From NCBI GenBank assembly GCA_041287245.1, contig JBEULP010000117.1, positions 160,001-224,000 of the forward strand: 64,000 nt of DNA. Reading direction: 5' to 3'. Below the pieces are notes generated by a model. It made no database searches. It had not been told where the DNA came from and was given only the letters and a program-made list of their open reading frames with translations. Source of the stretch: Infirmifilum sp. (lineage in GTDB: Archaea; Thermoproteota; Thermoprotei; Thermofilales; Thermofilaceae). This document shows positions 27,315 to 37,694 of this stretch, one piece after another; positions within the stretch are counted from its first letter, which is position 1; each line of letters opens with the position of its first letter. The position numbers and the translations under genes are program-made.

Positions 27315-28168
27315 ACTAAACCTTTTAGAAACTTGTATATACGCGTGTAGTCTTCTTCCTTGATCTTTTCCCTCATGGATGCGCTCAGAAGGGTTTGAGC
27401 CATGGTTGAAATGTGGGGTAACGATACTCCTCTCTCCCCGCCTGCGATGGTGGCGTAAAGCATATCCTTTGCTGCGAGGCGAAGCTTGAAGCTGACGGGA
27501 TAGTTATCGGCTAAAAGCCTCGAGCCGTACCTTTCAGCTATAGTCTTTATCCATAGGTCTTGCGCAATATCGAGGAGCTGTTGAGGATTTGTCCCCCAGC
27601 TTTCCGCTAAAACGAGGGCTTCGGCGAGCCCTATCATAGCCGAGAAGTAAATACTGTTAAGGGCGAGTTTTACAGCTGAAGCCTCTTCTACACTTCTCAA
27701 AACATGGATTTTTCTGAACAAAGCATCGACATACTCCCTGTAAGCGTCTAAGCTATTCCAGTCGCCTCCCGCTATGCCCACCAGCTCCCCTCTCAGGGCA
27801 TCACCTGGTCCCCCCATTACCGGGAGAGCAACATATTTGCATCCTACGCGATGCGCCATTTCGTGCATTTTTTTAGAGTGAGAAGGGGTTACTGTCGAGT
27901 GGTTTATAATCATCATATTCCCACGGCTCTCGAAACAAATGTTCTCCATAACAAACCCGGAGGCTTCGTCATCAGATACCATAATTGCGACCAAATCTAC
28001 TTTTTTCAAAGCTTCCTGGAAACTTGGAGTAACTTCAGCTCCAAATTCTTCGAGAGGCTTAGCCTTCTCAATAGTCCTGTTCCAGGCGACAACAGGAATA
28101 TTCTTTTCAAGAAGTCTCCTTGCCATGTTGAATCCCATAAGACCTGTGCCGAACAATGCTACTTTCAT
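27311..28168 (-). CDS. 3-hydroxyisobutyrate dehydrogenase-family NAD(P) oxidoreductase
   Basis: FGTGLMG, WNRT, PVMGG, catalytic KL..N and KD motifs. Confidence 0.92.
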   Translation of the reverse strand: MKVALFGTGLMGFNMARRLLEKNIPVVAWNRTIEKAKPLEEFGAEVTPSFQEALKKVDLVAIMVSDDEASGFVMENICFESRGNMMIINHSTVTPSHSKKMHEMAHRVGCKYVALPVMGGPGDALRGELVGIAGGDWNSLDAYREYVDALFRKIHVLRSVEEASAVKLALNSIYFSAMIGLAEALVLAESWGTNPQQLLDIAQDLWIKTIAERYGSRLLADNYPVSFKLRLAAKDMLYATIAGGERGVSLPHISTMAQTLLSASMREKIKEEDYTRIYKFLKGLV

Positions 28169-28234
28169 ATTGAGTTTAGACTGTCAAGTCAAATATTTAA
28201 ATATGTATCAATTTTTTTACTTATGGTTGAAAGT

Positions 28235-28498
28235 ATGGAGCCCCTTGAGGCCCTCAAAATAATTGAAAAAAGATTACAGGAGAAAGGTTATAGAACAAGA
28301 AGAGCGGAGGAGGATGGAGAGTATGTTCTAGAGGTTTCGTCGCCGAAGGGAAAAGCCCGAATCCGTTTCCACCAACAGCTGGGAAAACTTATAGAGCTCC
28401 ACCTGAAGTACGAGAATACCCCGGGCCTTACAGTTTTAAAATGTGAACGATACCAGGAAACCCTATCCTGCATAGAAGATCTTATAGCTAGATTTTAA
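28235..28498 (+). CDS. Small hypothetical protein
   Basis: MEPLEALKIIEKRLQEKGY...; divergent from the dehydrogenase with a TTTAAATA box upstream. The start could be 28223. Confidence 0.7.
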   Translation: MEPLEALKIIEKRLQEKGYRTRRAEEDGEYVLEVSSPKGKARIRFHQQLGKLIELHLKYENTPGLTVLKCERYQETLSCIEDLIARF

Positions 28499-28537
28499 AG
28501 TTAAACATTTTATTGAGCTGGTAGCAATAAAAGGTAA

Positions 28538-29266
28538 ATGAAACTTCGAAGAGTTCTGGAAGCACTTCTGATATTAATCTTCATTCACCAGCTTCTAGAA
28601 GTATATGTTTTCTACACGTTGAAGCCTGCTCTGGTAGAAATTAGCCGAATTGAGAAGACTCCAGGAGATAAAATCCTCATTGGCGCTCGCCTTTATTTTC
28701 CCAACCCTTATCCTCTTCCCATAAAAATATACAGTATAAGTTTGAAACTAAAGTGTTCTAATACAGCTGTCAACAGTAACCTATTTAATATCACGCTTAT
28801 TCCAAAGAAAACAAACATTTTGCTGTTTAACTTCTCTCCCGCTGATCAGCCTATAGGGAATTGTCTAGCACTCTACAACTTTGTCCCAGATACACTTATA
28901 CTCTCCTTTCTAGACCTACACATATTTAACTTCACAGGGAACACTACCCTGACACCCCCGGCTATTTCAGAACCATTCCTCTGGGCCGGGTGGAATACAA
29001 CAGAAATAAACGTTGGAGACTGCGTATCCTACGAGGTATACACCTACCCACCCGCCCCCTTTGAAGTAACCGTCCTAGCAGACTATCTTTCAATGCCCCC
29101 CGTAGCAGTATCTTCAAGCAAAGGCATCGCTACAGGTAATTTTACCTTCTGCCCACGAGAACCCTCCTCATTTAAACTTAAAGGATATTATCTCCTAGTA
29201 GCATCTCAGGGGAAGACGTGGACTCAGGAAGAGACATATCCCCCGCGGCTCGAGGTATCACCTTGA
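28538..29266 (+). CDS. Membrane-anchored/secreted beta-rich protein
   Basis: N-terminal KLRR plus hydrophobic helix, several NxS/T sequons, paired Cys. Confidence 0.75.
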   Translation: MKLRRVLEALLILIFIHQLLEVYVFYTLKPALVEISRIEKTPGDKILIGARLYFPNPYPLPIKIYSISLKLKCSNTAVNSNLFNITLIPKKTNILLFNFSPADQPIGNCLALYNFVPDTLILSFLDLHIFNFTGNTTLTPPAISEPFLWAGWNTTEINVGDCVSYEVYTYPPAPFEVTVLADYLSMPPVAVSSSKGIATGNFTFCPREPSSFKLKGYYLLVASQGKTWTQEETYPPRLEVSP

Positions 29267-29318
29267 CCAAAAACCTGCTCTTAGTTAAATTTAAATCAAC
29301 ATAGGAAAGATTGTCCAC

Positions 29319-30386
29319 GTGCTTTATATAGTCTTCACGACGGGACGCTGTAACCTTAAGTGTGACTACTGTGGGGGAAGCTTTCCAAAGGAAAAAGTGC
29401 CTTGGACAACAACATATGATCCAATGCTTCTAAAAAACATTGTAGAAAGGGATGAGGATGCTATAGTTGCCTTTTACGGAGGCGAGCCACTCCTTAATGC
29501 TAAGCTTATAATGTGGATTATGGATAATGTCAAGGCCAAACACTTTGTAATTCAGACAAACGGAACACTACCGCATCTTCTACCCGACAGCTACTGGCTA
29601 AGATTTGACACTGTGCTTCTTTCAATAGACGGCCGAGAAAACCTCACCGACAAACATAGGGGGAAGGGGGTACATACCCGTGTTTTACAAACAGCCAAGC
29701 ATCTGCGAGAAATAGGATTTAAAGGTGATCTTATTGCAAGAATGACGGTAACGGAGGACACAGATATTGAGACAGATGTAACCTATCTCCTCTCGCTAAA
29801 CCTCTTTGATCATGTACATTGGCAACTTGACGTTGTATGGAGCGACAGGTGGAAAAATTTTCAGGAGTGGCGAGATAGAAGCTATCTCCCAGGACTGAGA
29901 AAGCTAATTCAAAAATGGGTATTAGGCATTAAAAAGGGCAAGGTTCTAGGAATTGCGCCGTTTAAGGCCATAGCTTCACAAGCTATTTTTGGAGCTGTTT
30001 ATACTGCCCCACCCTGTGGTTCGGGTAGCAACTCTGTCTCTATTTTAACCAATGGCAGGATCACAGCATGTCCGATAGCTATAAACGAACAATGGGCTCA
30101 CATCGGAGACATCGATAAAGGCTTTGTTACCTCTAATAACATGATATCAGAACCTTGTACTAGCTGCCCTTACTACAGGTACTGTGGGGGTCGGTGTCTA
30201 TACGCGTATAAGGAGCGCTACTGGGGCGATAGTGGGTTTAGAGAGGTCTGCAAAGCTACGAAGGAACTTGTTAAACTTGTGCTCTCAGCTGTTCCATCAG
30301 TAATTGAAGCTCTGGATAAAGGCCTTATTAAAAGGAGTGAACTATACTATCCTCCTTTTAATAACACTGTAGAAATTATACCTTGA
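29319..30386 (+). CDS. Radical SAM/SPASM protein (TIGR04084-like)
   Basis: CNLKCDYC, YGGEP, SPASM Cys (CGSG...CP...CTSC...CGGRC) and C-terminal EIIP. Confidence 0.9.
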   Translation: MLYIVFTTGRCNLKCDYCGGSFPKEKVPWTTTYDPMLLKNIVERDEDAIVAFYGGEPLLNAKLIMWIMDNVKAKHFVIQTNGTLPHLLPDSYWLRFDTVLLSIDGRENLTDKHRGKGVHTRVLQTAKHLREIGFKGDLIARMTVTEDTDIETDVTYLLSLNLFDHVHWQLDVVWSDRWKNFQEWRDRSYLPGLRKLIQKWVLGIKKGKVLGIAPFKAIASQAIFGAVYTAPPCGSGSNSVSILTNGRITACPIAINEQWAHIGDIDKGFVTSNNMISEPCTSCPYYRYCGGRCLYAYKERYWGDSGFREVCKATKELVKLVLSAVPSVIEALDKGLIKRSELYYPPFNNTVEIIP

Positions 30387-30419
30387 AAATCTACTTATCT
30401 ATCATTTATAGAGGAATTA

Positions 30420-30720
30420 TGATACTCTTCTTCGCAGTTGTGTTTTTACGAGAACATCTATAAGCAGAAAATCTGGAGAAGGGGGGCCAACGAATAATAA
30501 AGCCCCGCTAAGAACGCGATCTTAGTCGGTTTCGCTCTAACAGCTCTAAGCTCATTCTTTTTAGCCTGATGGGGCACCGTCGGGGGTTAAGCTAATCGCT
30601 GATGTAATTATAGTTTCTTCTAGTATAGTGAACCTGGGACAATATTATACAGCGCATGTATGGATGGATTTCCTTTGGCTAACCTTCTTGCCATATGCTA
30701 CAAACAAGGGTTTGGGATCC
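30420..30720 (+). pseudogene. Possible decayed membrane-transporter fragments
   Basis: Short hydrophobic frames broken by stops (e.g. SPAKNAILVGFALTALSSFFLA*) in a 465-bp gap. Confidence 0.3.
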
Positions 30721-30851
30721 AAGAAACCTTTCTCTAATAGTCAAGCTTTTCGTGGTAGCTCTAGTGGTATACTATGCCCTAATGTTTTTAAGACAAGCTT
30801 TGGCGTAGTTAAAATATTTATCCTAAGAGATATATACATATCTGGGCATGT

Positions 30852-32501
30852 ATGCCGAAATACTTTAACTTCGCATTGATCCATGCACCAAGCGTATATG
30901 ACTTTAGAAAGATGGGGAACGTACACTACGGTCCGATAAGCGACGTTGTCCCCTCTAAACCTGTTTTTGACATGTACCCATCTGGTTTCTTCTACCTTGC
31001 CTCGTACCTCGAGAAGAGAGGCGTAACAACAGGTTTGTTTAACATCGCTGCAAGGATGGTTAATGAGCCTTCCCTTGATGTCCCCCGCCTTCTCCGCACA
31101 ATAAAAGCCTCAGTCTACGGGATAGACATCCACTGGCTTGTACACGCCCATGGAGCTATCGAAATCGCAAGGATGGTGAAGAACTTGCACGAGGCTCCGG
31201 TGATAGCAGGCGGGCTCTCAGCTACGTACTATTGGCGAGAAATACTTGAAAAGTACCCATTTATCGACGTAGTCGTCTTAGGAGACACCACCGAACCCAT
31301 AACCTATGAGGTTATTCGAGTTTTAGAAGATGGAGAGTACCATAAACTTAGGAATATTTCTAACATTGCTTTTCGAGAAGGCTCGAAAATAATACATACG
31401 GGATTAAAGTTTGTCCCTCTTTCATTGGACGACCTTAAACCCGACTATAAGATTGTGTCTAAAGTGATGATTAGAAGTGGCTTGAAAAACTCGCTGCCCT
31501 GGAGTACATTCTTGAAGCATCCAGTGACAGCTGTTATTACGTATAAAGGCTGTCTTTTTAACTGCCTCGCATGCGGTGGTAGCAGCTTCGCTTACAGGGT
31601 CATTTTCAACAGGAAGAAACTAGGCCTTAAGAGTCCCCAGATCATCCTTGAGGAATTCAAGGAGATTACTGAAAGAATAAGAGCCCCTGTATTTTTTGTT
31701 AATGATTTGCAGGTTCTCGGCAAGAAATACATCGAGAACCTTATGACTATGCTAAGTCGGGAGAAGGTTGATGTTGAAATATTCTTTGAGTTCTTCACCC
31801 CACCGCCCAGGGAAATACTCGGTCTTTATAGAAAAGCAGGCGACAAAGTATATCTTCAAATGTCTCCCGAGTCCCACGACGAAAACATAAGAAAGTTTTT
31901 TGGAAGACCATATGATAATTCAAGCCTATTGCACTTTGTTAGGAATGTAAGCGAGTTCGGCTTCTCACGCCTAGACCTATATTTCATGGTCGGCCTACCC
32001 ATGCAAACACCTACAAACGTTCAGGGACTAGGTGATTTTTACTCTGAGCTTATTAGAAGCGGCGGTAAGACTATAGATGCATTCGTAGCTCCACTTGCCC
32101 CCTTTGTGGATCCTGGTAGTTTAGCCTTCCACATGCCGGAGAAGTACGGCTATAAAATTCTAACTCACACATTCGAAGGACACCGTGAATTGATGCTAGC
32201 TAGGGAATGGTATATGATGCTTAACTATGAGACAAAGTGGATGACTCGAAAGCAAGTAGCTGAAGCAACTTATAATTCAGTAGAAAGCCTAACAAAAGCT
32301 AAGTTCAAAGCCGGTGTCATTGACGAGGAGTACTACCGACAGGTTTTAGACTCCATAACCAATATTAGAGCTGGAATACCCAAGCAGGGCTTAAACTCGA
32401 AAGAGACTCTTGATGAAGAAGAACTCTATCCTATTCGAAAACTCTGGGTACGCTATTTAACCCTGCGATCCCTCGCCGAAATTATTTATTATTCAATTTA
32501 A
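30852..32501 (+). CDS. B12-binding domain radical SAM protein (TIGR04190-like)
   Basis: LIHAPSVYDFR...GPISDVVPS..FDMYP, IDIHWLVHAHG and CLFNCLAC. Confidence 0.9.
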   Translation: MPKYFNFALIHAPSVYDFRKMGNVHYGPISDVVPSKPVFDMYPSGFFYLASYLEKRGVTTGLFNIAARMVNEPSLDVPRLLRTIKASVYGIDIHWLVHAHGAIEIARMVKNLHEAPVIAGGLSATYYWREILEKYPFIDVVVLGDTTEPITYEVIRVLEDGEYHKLRNISNIAFREGSKIIHTGLKFVPLSLDDLKPDYKIVSKVMIRSGLKNSLPWSTFLKHPVTAVITYKGCLFNCLACGGSSFAYRVIFNRKKLGLKSPQIILEEFKEITERIRAPVFFVNDLQVLGKKYIENLMTMLSREKVDVEIFFEFFTPPPREILGLYRKAGDKVYLQMSPESHDENIRKFFGRPYDNSSLLHFVRNVSEFGFSRLDLYFMVGLPMQTPTNVQGLGDFYSELIRSGGKTIDAFVAPLAPFVDPGSLAFHMPEKYGYKILTHTFEGHRELMLAREWYMMLNYETKWMTRKQVAEATYNSVESLTKAKFKAGVIDEEYYRQVLDSITNIRAGIPKQGLNSKETLDEEELYPIRKLWVRYLTLRSLAEIIYYSI

Positions 32502-32509
32502 TTGTTTTG

Positions 32510-33577
32510 CTAGGAATTTTCCTCAGTTATTTCGAAATACTCACCGGCAACCTCCTCAACTATGGCGTCTAAACCCCCTACCCTCACGATACTATTTCCT
32601 ATATCCACCTTGAAGTGCGCATAGCCGGCGGGCAGGTCTAGAACAGCGTCGGTGATGCGCCCTTCAACTGTTACTCTTGAACCTGTGTCAACCTCATATC
32701 CAACCGCCTTTAAACGTAGCTTTTTGTTTTCTAAAAGAAGTCTTCTAGCCTCATAAAGTGCCATTCGGTGGAATGTGAATTTCAAAGGAAAGTCATATTT
32801 TTCGTCCACTATAACCCTCGCACTAACCCACCTGTTGACGTAATCATGTGAAAGATAGTCGATTAACGTCCTTTCCTCTATTAGGAACCCATGTTTCATA
32901 GGTAGGGTAGGTCTTGCCTTTAAAACTCCTCCGAGCGTAGAGTCGACAATAACAACTATATCGCCAGAGATGGCTACCCGCAACTTCTTTAGAAACGGCA
33001 TGTCCTCCACGATGAATTTCGCCCCTCTTTCACCCACAGCATAGGATAAAACATAGACGCTAATACCTCTCTTGATGGTCTCTTCTATTTTACCGCTTAA
33101 TAAGTGAATAAACCTTATATCACCCATTACAAGCGCGTCTATCTTAGCCTCGTCGAGCATCTCCGCCATCCTGTTTTTCGCAACCTCAGGTTCTCTAATT
33201 ACCCAGACCCCAAACCTTTCCTCCACGGAGGGCTTTGAGATACTCCTCATATACTCAAGGGCCCTCTTAGCCATAGCATCCAGGTCCCTCATGAACATGT
33301 TCAACAGAAGCTGAGGATCTACTGCGCGATATTTCTTAGGTCGTCCACCAAGCTCCTCTATATAACCTTTAGAGGAAAGCCTAGTTAGCGCTACATGTAT
33401 CTGGGGGCGATGCCTTACAAGGTAGTCCGAAATCTCAGGGGCACTGAGTGGACCCTTTTCTAGAAGAATCAGATACAGCTCTGCTTCAAGGCCTGTAAGC
33501 CCCAACATCTTTAGTAGTTGTGTGGCGCTCTCCCGGGGAGAACCTACTGAGACTTCTCCTGAAGCCCCCTCGCCCAT
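32510..33577 (-). CDS. TrmB-family transcriptional regulator
   Basis: LGLT.LEA..Y HTH, RPKKYRAV.P and a C-terminal sugar-binding domain ending VGG..A..E. Confidence 0.9.
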   Translation of the reverse strand: MGEGASGEVSVGSPRESATQLLKMLGLTGLEAELYLILLEKGPLSAPEISDYLVRHRPQIHVALTRLSSKGYIEELGGRPKKYRAVDPQLLLNMFMRDLDAMAKRALEYMRSISKPSVEERFGVWVIREPEVAKNRMAEMLDEAKIDALVMGDIRFIHLLSGKIEETIKRGISVYVLSYAVGERGAKFIVEDMPFLKKLRVAISGDIVVIVDSTLGGVLKARPTLPMKHGFLIEERTLIDYLSHDYVNRWVSARVIVDEKYDFPLKFTFHRMALYEARRLLLENKKLRLKAVGYEVDTGSRVTVEGRITDAVLDLPAGYAHFKVDIGNSIVRVGGLDAIVEEVAGEYFEITEENS

Positions 33578-33609
33578 TCTGAGTCACAGGAAAAAAGGTA
33601 AAAGGGTTA

Positions 33610-34584
33610 TTAATATTTATTCATCATTTCAATATTTGAAGCCATAAGACCATGTTTTCTAGATAGAACATCATACGTTTGGGCTATCATGACAGCCATG
33701 TTGGCTACTTCAACACCTCGACTACCAAATAAATAGACATTAGGCTCAATGTGGTCCGCTCCGCTGTCAACCAATACTTGACACTCAGGGCACTCGTCGA
33801 ATAGGACAGGGGCAGCTGCGGCGACAGGATTTGCCGCTGGATACTCACTACTACTGAACTCTTTGAACTTTAAGTCTAGTGTGACAAGAGCTTCTTCGAC
33901 AAGCTGGTCATATTTTATGTTAATGACAGCCCTGTATTTTCCTCCCAACGACAGCAGTATCGCACCAAGGTGTCTACTCGCCCCAAACTCTGGCTTTCTG
34001 AACAAGATCCCGCCTTTCTTATCCGGCGAGATTCGGCCAGGAACAGCTACAATATCGTTTAGTCCTCTTGCCCCTGGAATAGATACTGCGAGATTCGTTA
34101 GAACCTCTGGTATAATTTTTGGGAAATATTCTGATGATGAGAGAATCATGAGAGATCTCTCAATATCGGCCATTACTAATCCTTTACTAACATCGAGGTC
34201 CGGATAAACCACCTTTGTACATATATAACACTCGCTTTTTCTCCAACCATACTTTTCATGTGCTTTGCAAGCATCTCCTCCAGCAAGTATCAGTAGCCAG
34301 TAACGATTAGCGAGCATACCGGCAGTATTAATATCTCCCTTGACTATGTAATCTGCAATTCTCCTCGCTACGAGCTCCAATTCAGACAGTTGGACGTTCA
34401 AATCTCCAAGTTCGCTGGGAAGAATGTTTCGATTACTCCTTAACATCTTGCTTATAGCTGCCTGAGTAACTCCAAGGGAACGCGCAATATCTGTTTGCGA
34501 AAAACCTCTCTTTCTAAGTTCGTATGCCAATATTTTCCGAAAGCTCGGGACGAATATGTTGAAAGCTATTCCTTCTGGAAACAT
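33610..34584 (-). CDS. thiR: ThiR thiamine-responsive regulator (HTH plus ThiN-like domain)
   Basis: SQTDIARSLGVTQAAISK HTH; IPEV.TN, VPGRI and PEFGASRHL (ThiN); divergent from ykoEDC. Confidence 0.88.
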   Translation of the reverse strand: MFPEGIAFNIFVPSFRKILAYELRKRGFSQTDIARSLGVTQAAISKMLRSNRNILPSELGDLNVQLSELELVARRIADYIVKGDINTAGMLANRYWLLILAGGDACKAHEKYGWRKSECYICTKVVYPDLDVSKGLVMADIERSLMILSSSEYFPKIIPEVLTNLAVSIPGARGLNDIVAVPGRISPDKKGGILFRKPEFGASRHLGAILLSLGGKYRAVINIKYDQLVEEALVTLDLKFKEFSSSEYPAANPVAAAAPVLFDECPECQVLVDSGADHIEPNVYLFGSRGVEVANMAVMIAQTYDVLSRKHGLMASNIEMMNKY

Positions 34585-34599
34585 TCACATTATACTTGT

Positions 34600-34750
34600 A
34601 AAAACAGAGTTATAAATCTTCACCTGAGAATTTTTTATAAAAATTTATAACATTGTAATAGATTAACCTTAGGGAAAAAATTATAACTTAGTTATATAAA
34701 ATAAGCGTAGCTACTAGGAAACATCCCGTAAAACTTATAACCTAGTCATT
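34600..34750. promoter_or_regulatory. Four TATAAC-N3-GTTATA palindromes, putative ThiR operators
   Basis: 34600-34614 AAAAACAGAGTTATA; 34646-34660 TATAACATTGTAATA; 34682-34696 TATAACTTAGTTATA (perfect); 34736-34750 TATAACCTAGTCATT. Confidence 0.75.
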
Positions 34751-34763
34751 TACTAAAATTAAT

Positions 34764-35378
34764 ATGAATAGAACTACAACCTCTCGGAATCAAATCACAA
34801 CTATAGACCTAGTATTTACAGCCGCTATATCCGCAGTTATAGGGGCAATCTTCCTTGTCTGGTCAAACATCGTATGGGATGCCACAAAACTGCTATTGGG
34901 ACTGTTATTCTTGCCTGTGATCTATGGGGTGTGGTTCATAGGCGCTACTGTTCCAGCGTATATTATAAGGAAGCCGGGTATAGCCCTACTCGGGGAGTTC
35001 CTAGCAGCTTTAATGGAAATGGCACTTGGAACTCAATTTTCTTCCACTGCACTCCTATACGGCGTCATGCAAGGAGTTTTATCTGAGCTAGTTTTTGCCA
35101 TCACACGCTACAAGAAATGGGGTTGGGGTACCATGGCTCTAGCCGGAGCAATGCCCGCTCTTTGGGCAGCACCCGCTGATACCCTGTTGTATGGTACGGC
35201 AGAGCCCCTCCTTCCGGAGCAGAGGCTAGTATTCTGGTCATTATATTTTGTTAGTGGTGCTGTACTTGCGGGAATACTCGTAAAGGCAGTAATAGACACT
35301 GTTGTGAAGACAACCCCGATACTCGACCCCTTCCCAGTAGCCAGAGCGGTGAAATCTTCTTGCAAACAGTCAAAGTAG
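34764..35378 (+). CDS. ykoE: ECF S component, YkoE family (thiamine/HMP)
   Basis: YGVWF...YIIRKPG.AL.GE, QG..SELVF. Confidence 0.85.
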   Translation: MNRTTTSRNQITTIDLVFTAAISAVIGAIFLVWSNIVWDATKLLLGLLFLPVIYGVWFIGATVPAYIIRKPGIALLGEFLAALMEMALGTQFSSTALLYGVMQGVLSELVFAITRYKKWGWGTMALAGAMPALWAAPADTLLYGTAEPLLPEQRLVFWSLYFVSGAVLAGILVKAVIDTVVKTTPILDPFPVARAVKSSCKQSK

Positions 35379-36958
35379 ACTCACTCCGGGTCTCTGTTGG
35401 GGTCGAGGGCAAACCTGTAATAGAAAACCTGACTTTTTCTCTTAGCCGTGGAGAGGCTCTACTCGTATTAGGCCCAACAGGCTCGGGTAAAACGACTTTA
35501 CTTCTCTCTCTTAGTGGTGTTATTCCTGGACTCTTACCTGGTGATGTTAAAGGGAGAGTAGATATAGCGGGACATGACCCAGTAAGTGAAGGTCTAAAGG
35601 GTTTAGCGGGCGACGTCGGTATTGTTTTCCAAGATCCAGAAGCCCAGGTGGTTATGGACACTGTACAGGATGAAGTGGCATTCCCTCTGGAAAATCTATT
35701 CTATAACCCTACTGCGATAAATGACCAGGTTACCAAGTGCCTAGCGAAAACGGGCCTTTTAGACTATGCCTCTGAAAAAACAGACACTTTATCAACCGGC
35801 TTGAAGCAGAGGCTTGCTATAGCAAGTACTCTTTGCTTTAATCCTAAAGTTTTGCTACTAGATGAGCCAACTGCTCACATAGACCCGGCCTCCTCCCGCA
35901 AAATATACGAGTTACTAAGAACTTTCAAGGAGGAGGGCGGGACTCTTGTAATCGTAGAGCATCGCTTGGAATACCTCGGAGACATTGTCGACAAGATACT
36001 CTTTCTGTACAAGGGTAAGGGGATACTCACCAGAGACTTTAACGACCTTGTAAATAATTTCGGGTTTTCAGCCCTAGTAAGAGCCGGTGTCTGGCTGCCT
36101 TATAAAATTTTGAAGGAGTTATCAGTGAACAAACAGTCTCAGCCTCTCAGCGGGCCTCCGGAATATACCCTGGGGAGTCCCATCATAAAAGTTGAGAATC
36201 TCAACGTCGAGCTCAACGGTAAAGCCATATTGAGAAACGTGTCATTTGATGTTAATAGGGGAGAACTGCTAGTAATCATAGGTCCCAACGGAAGCGGAAA
36301 AACCACACTGCTGAAAGTTCTTGCAGGCCTCATCAGAAAATATAGCGGGAGAATTTCTGTCTTAGGGGGAGCACCCTCTCACAAGAAAATAGCCTATGTC
36401 TCACAGATACCTGAGCATCAGTTTACGGAGCGAACAGTTTCTGAGGAAGTAGCATCCACCCTTCTTCAAACGGGAATTACCAAGGAGAGAGCGTTGAAAA
36501 TAGCTATGGGAGAACTGGAAGCCCGAGGACTAGGACATTTATCTAGTGCCGGTGTATACGAGATAAGTCAAGGAGAGAAAAGGCTGGTCTCACTGCTTGA
36601 AATGGAACTTCTTAACAGGCCTATAATCCTCCTAGATGAGCCGACCTTCGGGCTTGATCTGAGGCATACGCTCAATGTAGTAAAGCGGATAAACGATGTT
36701 ATTCTAAAAGGGAAAACGGTAATCCTTGTGACACACGATACCTGGATCCTACCCTTGTTTAACTCTAGGGTTATAGGTCTCTCCAGTGGAAAAATAATGT
36801 TTCAAGGATCATTTAAAGAGTTGCTTACAAAACGGGAACTCTGGAAAGATCTAAGCTTTTCTCCACCACCTGTCTTTCAAGAGACAGATAGGATTGAAGA
36901 CCAAGACGAAGCTATTAAGAACATACGTAATTTGGTGTTTTCGATACATGATGCCTAA
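35360..36958 (+). CDS. ykoD: ECF transporter duplicated ATPase (YkoD-like)
   Basis: Two Walker A motifs (GPTGSGKT, GPNGSGKT), VFQDPEAQ, and two LLDEPT motifs. Confidence 0.9.
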   Translation: MQTVKVDSLRVSVGVEGKPVIENLTFSLSRGEALLVLGPTGSGKTTLLLSLSGVIPGLLPGDVKGRVDIAGHDPVSEGLKGLAGDVGIVFQDPEAQVVMDTVQDEVAFPLENLFYNPTAINDQVTKCLAKTGLLDYASEKTDTLSTGLKQRLAIASTLCFNPKVLLLDEPTAHIDPASSRKIYELLRTFKEEGGTLVIVEHRLEYLGDIVDKILFLYKGKGILTRDFNDLVNNFGFSALVRAGVWLPYKILKELSVNKQSQPLSGPPEYTLGSPIIKVENLNVELNGKAILRNVSFDVNRGELLVIIGPNGSGKTTLLKVLAGLIRKYSGRISVLGGAPSHKKIAYVSQIPEHQFTERTVSEEVASTLLQTGITKERALKIAMGELEARGLGHLSSAGVYEISQGEKRLVSLLEMELLNRPIILLDEPTFGLDLRHTLNVVKRINDVILKGKTVILVTHDTWILPLFNSRVIGLSSGKIMFQGSFKELLTKRELWKDLSFSPPPVFQETDRIEDQDEAIKNIRNLVFSIHDA

Positions 36959-37694
36959 AGAACCGCGTCACTATCTTTGCAAACTAAATCCCGCGGTTAA
37001 ACTATTCACAATCTTATTTGCCGTCTTTGCTATTGCGTTAATACAGAACACGCTTGTTTTAGCAGTCCATCTTGTCCTCTCACTAACTCTAGCCTGGCTC
37101 GCTAGGCCTAAGCTAGACAGGGCTGTCATCGCAAGTATCTCTTCGACTCTCATTGGATATTCATGGGTCACATATGTTCTTTTCTTGACAAACCTTCACC
37201 TAGATCCTAGTCTAGCATCGACAAGGACTCTTCTCTTATCGACCCGTATTCTAATCATAATTTTATACTCACTATTTTTCATCTCTACAACCAGCCCCAA
37301 AGAAATAGCTGCGGCTCTCACCTTACAACTACACATTCCATACGTATACTCCTACATGTCTTTCGTATCACTTCGCATGTTTCCATTGGTCAGGAGAGAC
37401 CTTGAAAACATGATTGCTTTTAGGAAAATTAAAGGCTATTTTTCACTCCGTAAACCTTGGAGGCTTATCCTGTCCATCGCCTCCCCCCTTCTATTCCTTG
37501 TTGTTAAACGATCGATAACGCTTGGAATAGCAATGGAGGCAAGGGGGTTCGGCAAATACCCTCATAGAGTTTTCCGGGAAGAGACATCGGTTCATAAGAA
37601 GGATATCCTTTTCGCTCTAATTGTCGTTCTAGGCACAATTTTTTCCCTCTTGATAGCGTACACCTATAACATACCTCTGCAACTCTCACTCTAG
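36948..37694 (+). CDS. ykoC: ECF transmembrane T component (YkoC-like)
   Basis: LNP..KL, TM helices and AMEARGF. Confidence 0.9.
   Translation: MMPKEPRHYLCKLNPAVKLFTILFAVFAIALIQNTLVLAVHLVLSLTLAWLARPKLDRAVIASISSTLIGYSWVTYVLFLTNLHLDPSLASTRTLLLSTRILIIILYSLFFISTTSPKEIAAALTLQLHIPYVYSYMSFVSLRMFPLVRRDLENMIAFRKIKGYFSLRKPWRLILSIASPLLFLVVKRSITLGIAMEARGFGKYPHRVFREETSVHKKDILFALIVVLGTIFSLLIAYTYNIPLQLSL

Noticed and set aside
27851..28234. N-terminal extension of track ORF 27851-28498
   Set aside because: It overlaps the dehydrogenase antisense and the shared promoter; only the last 87-91 aa look real.
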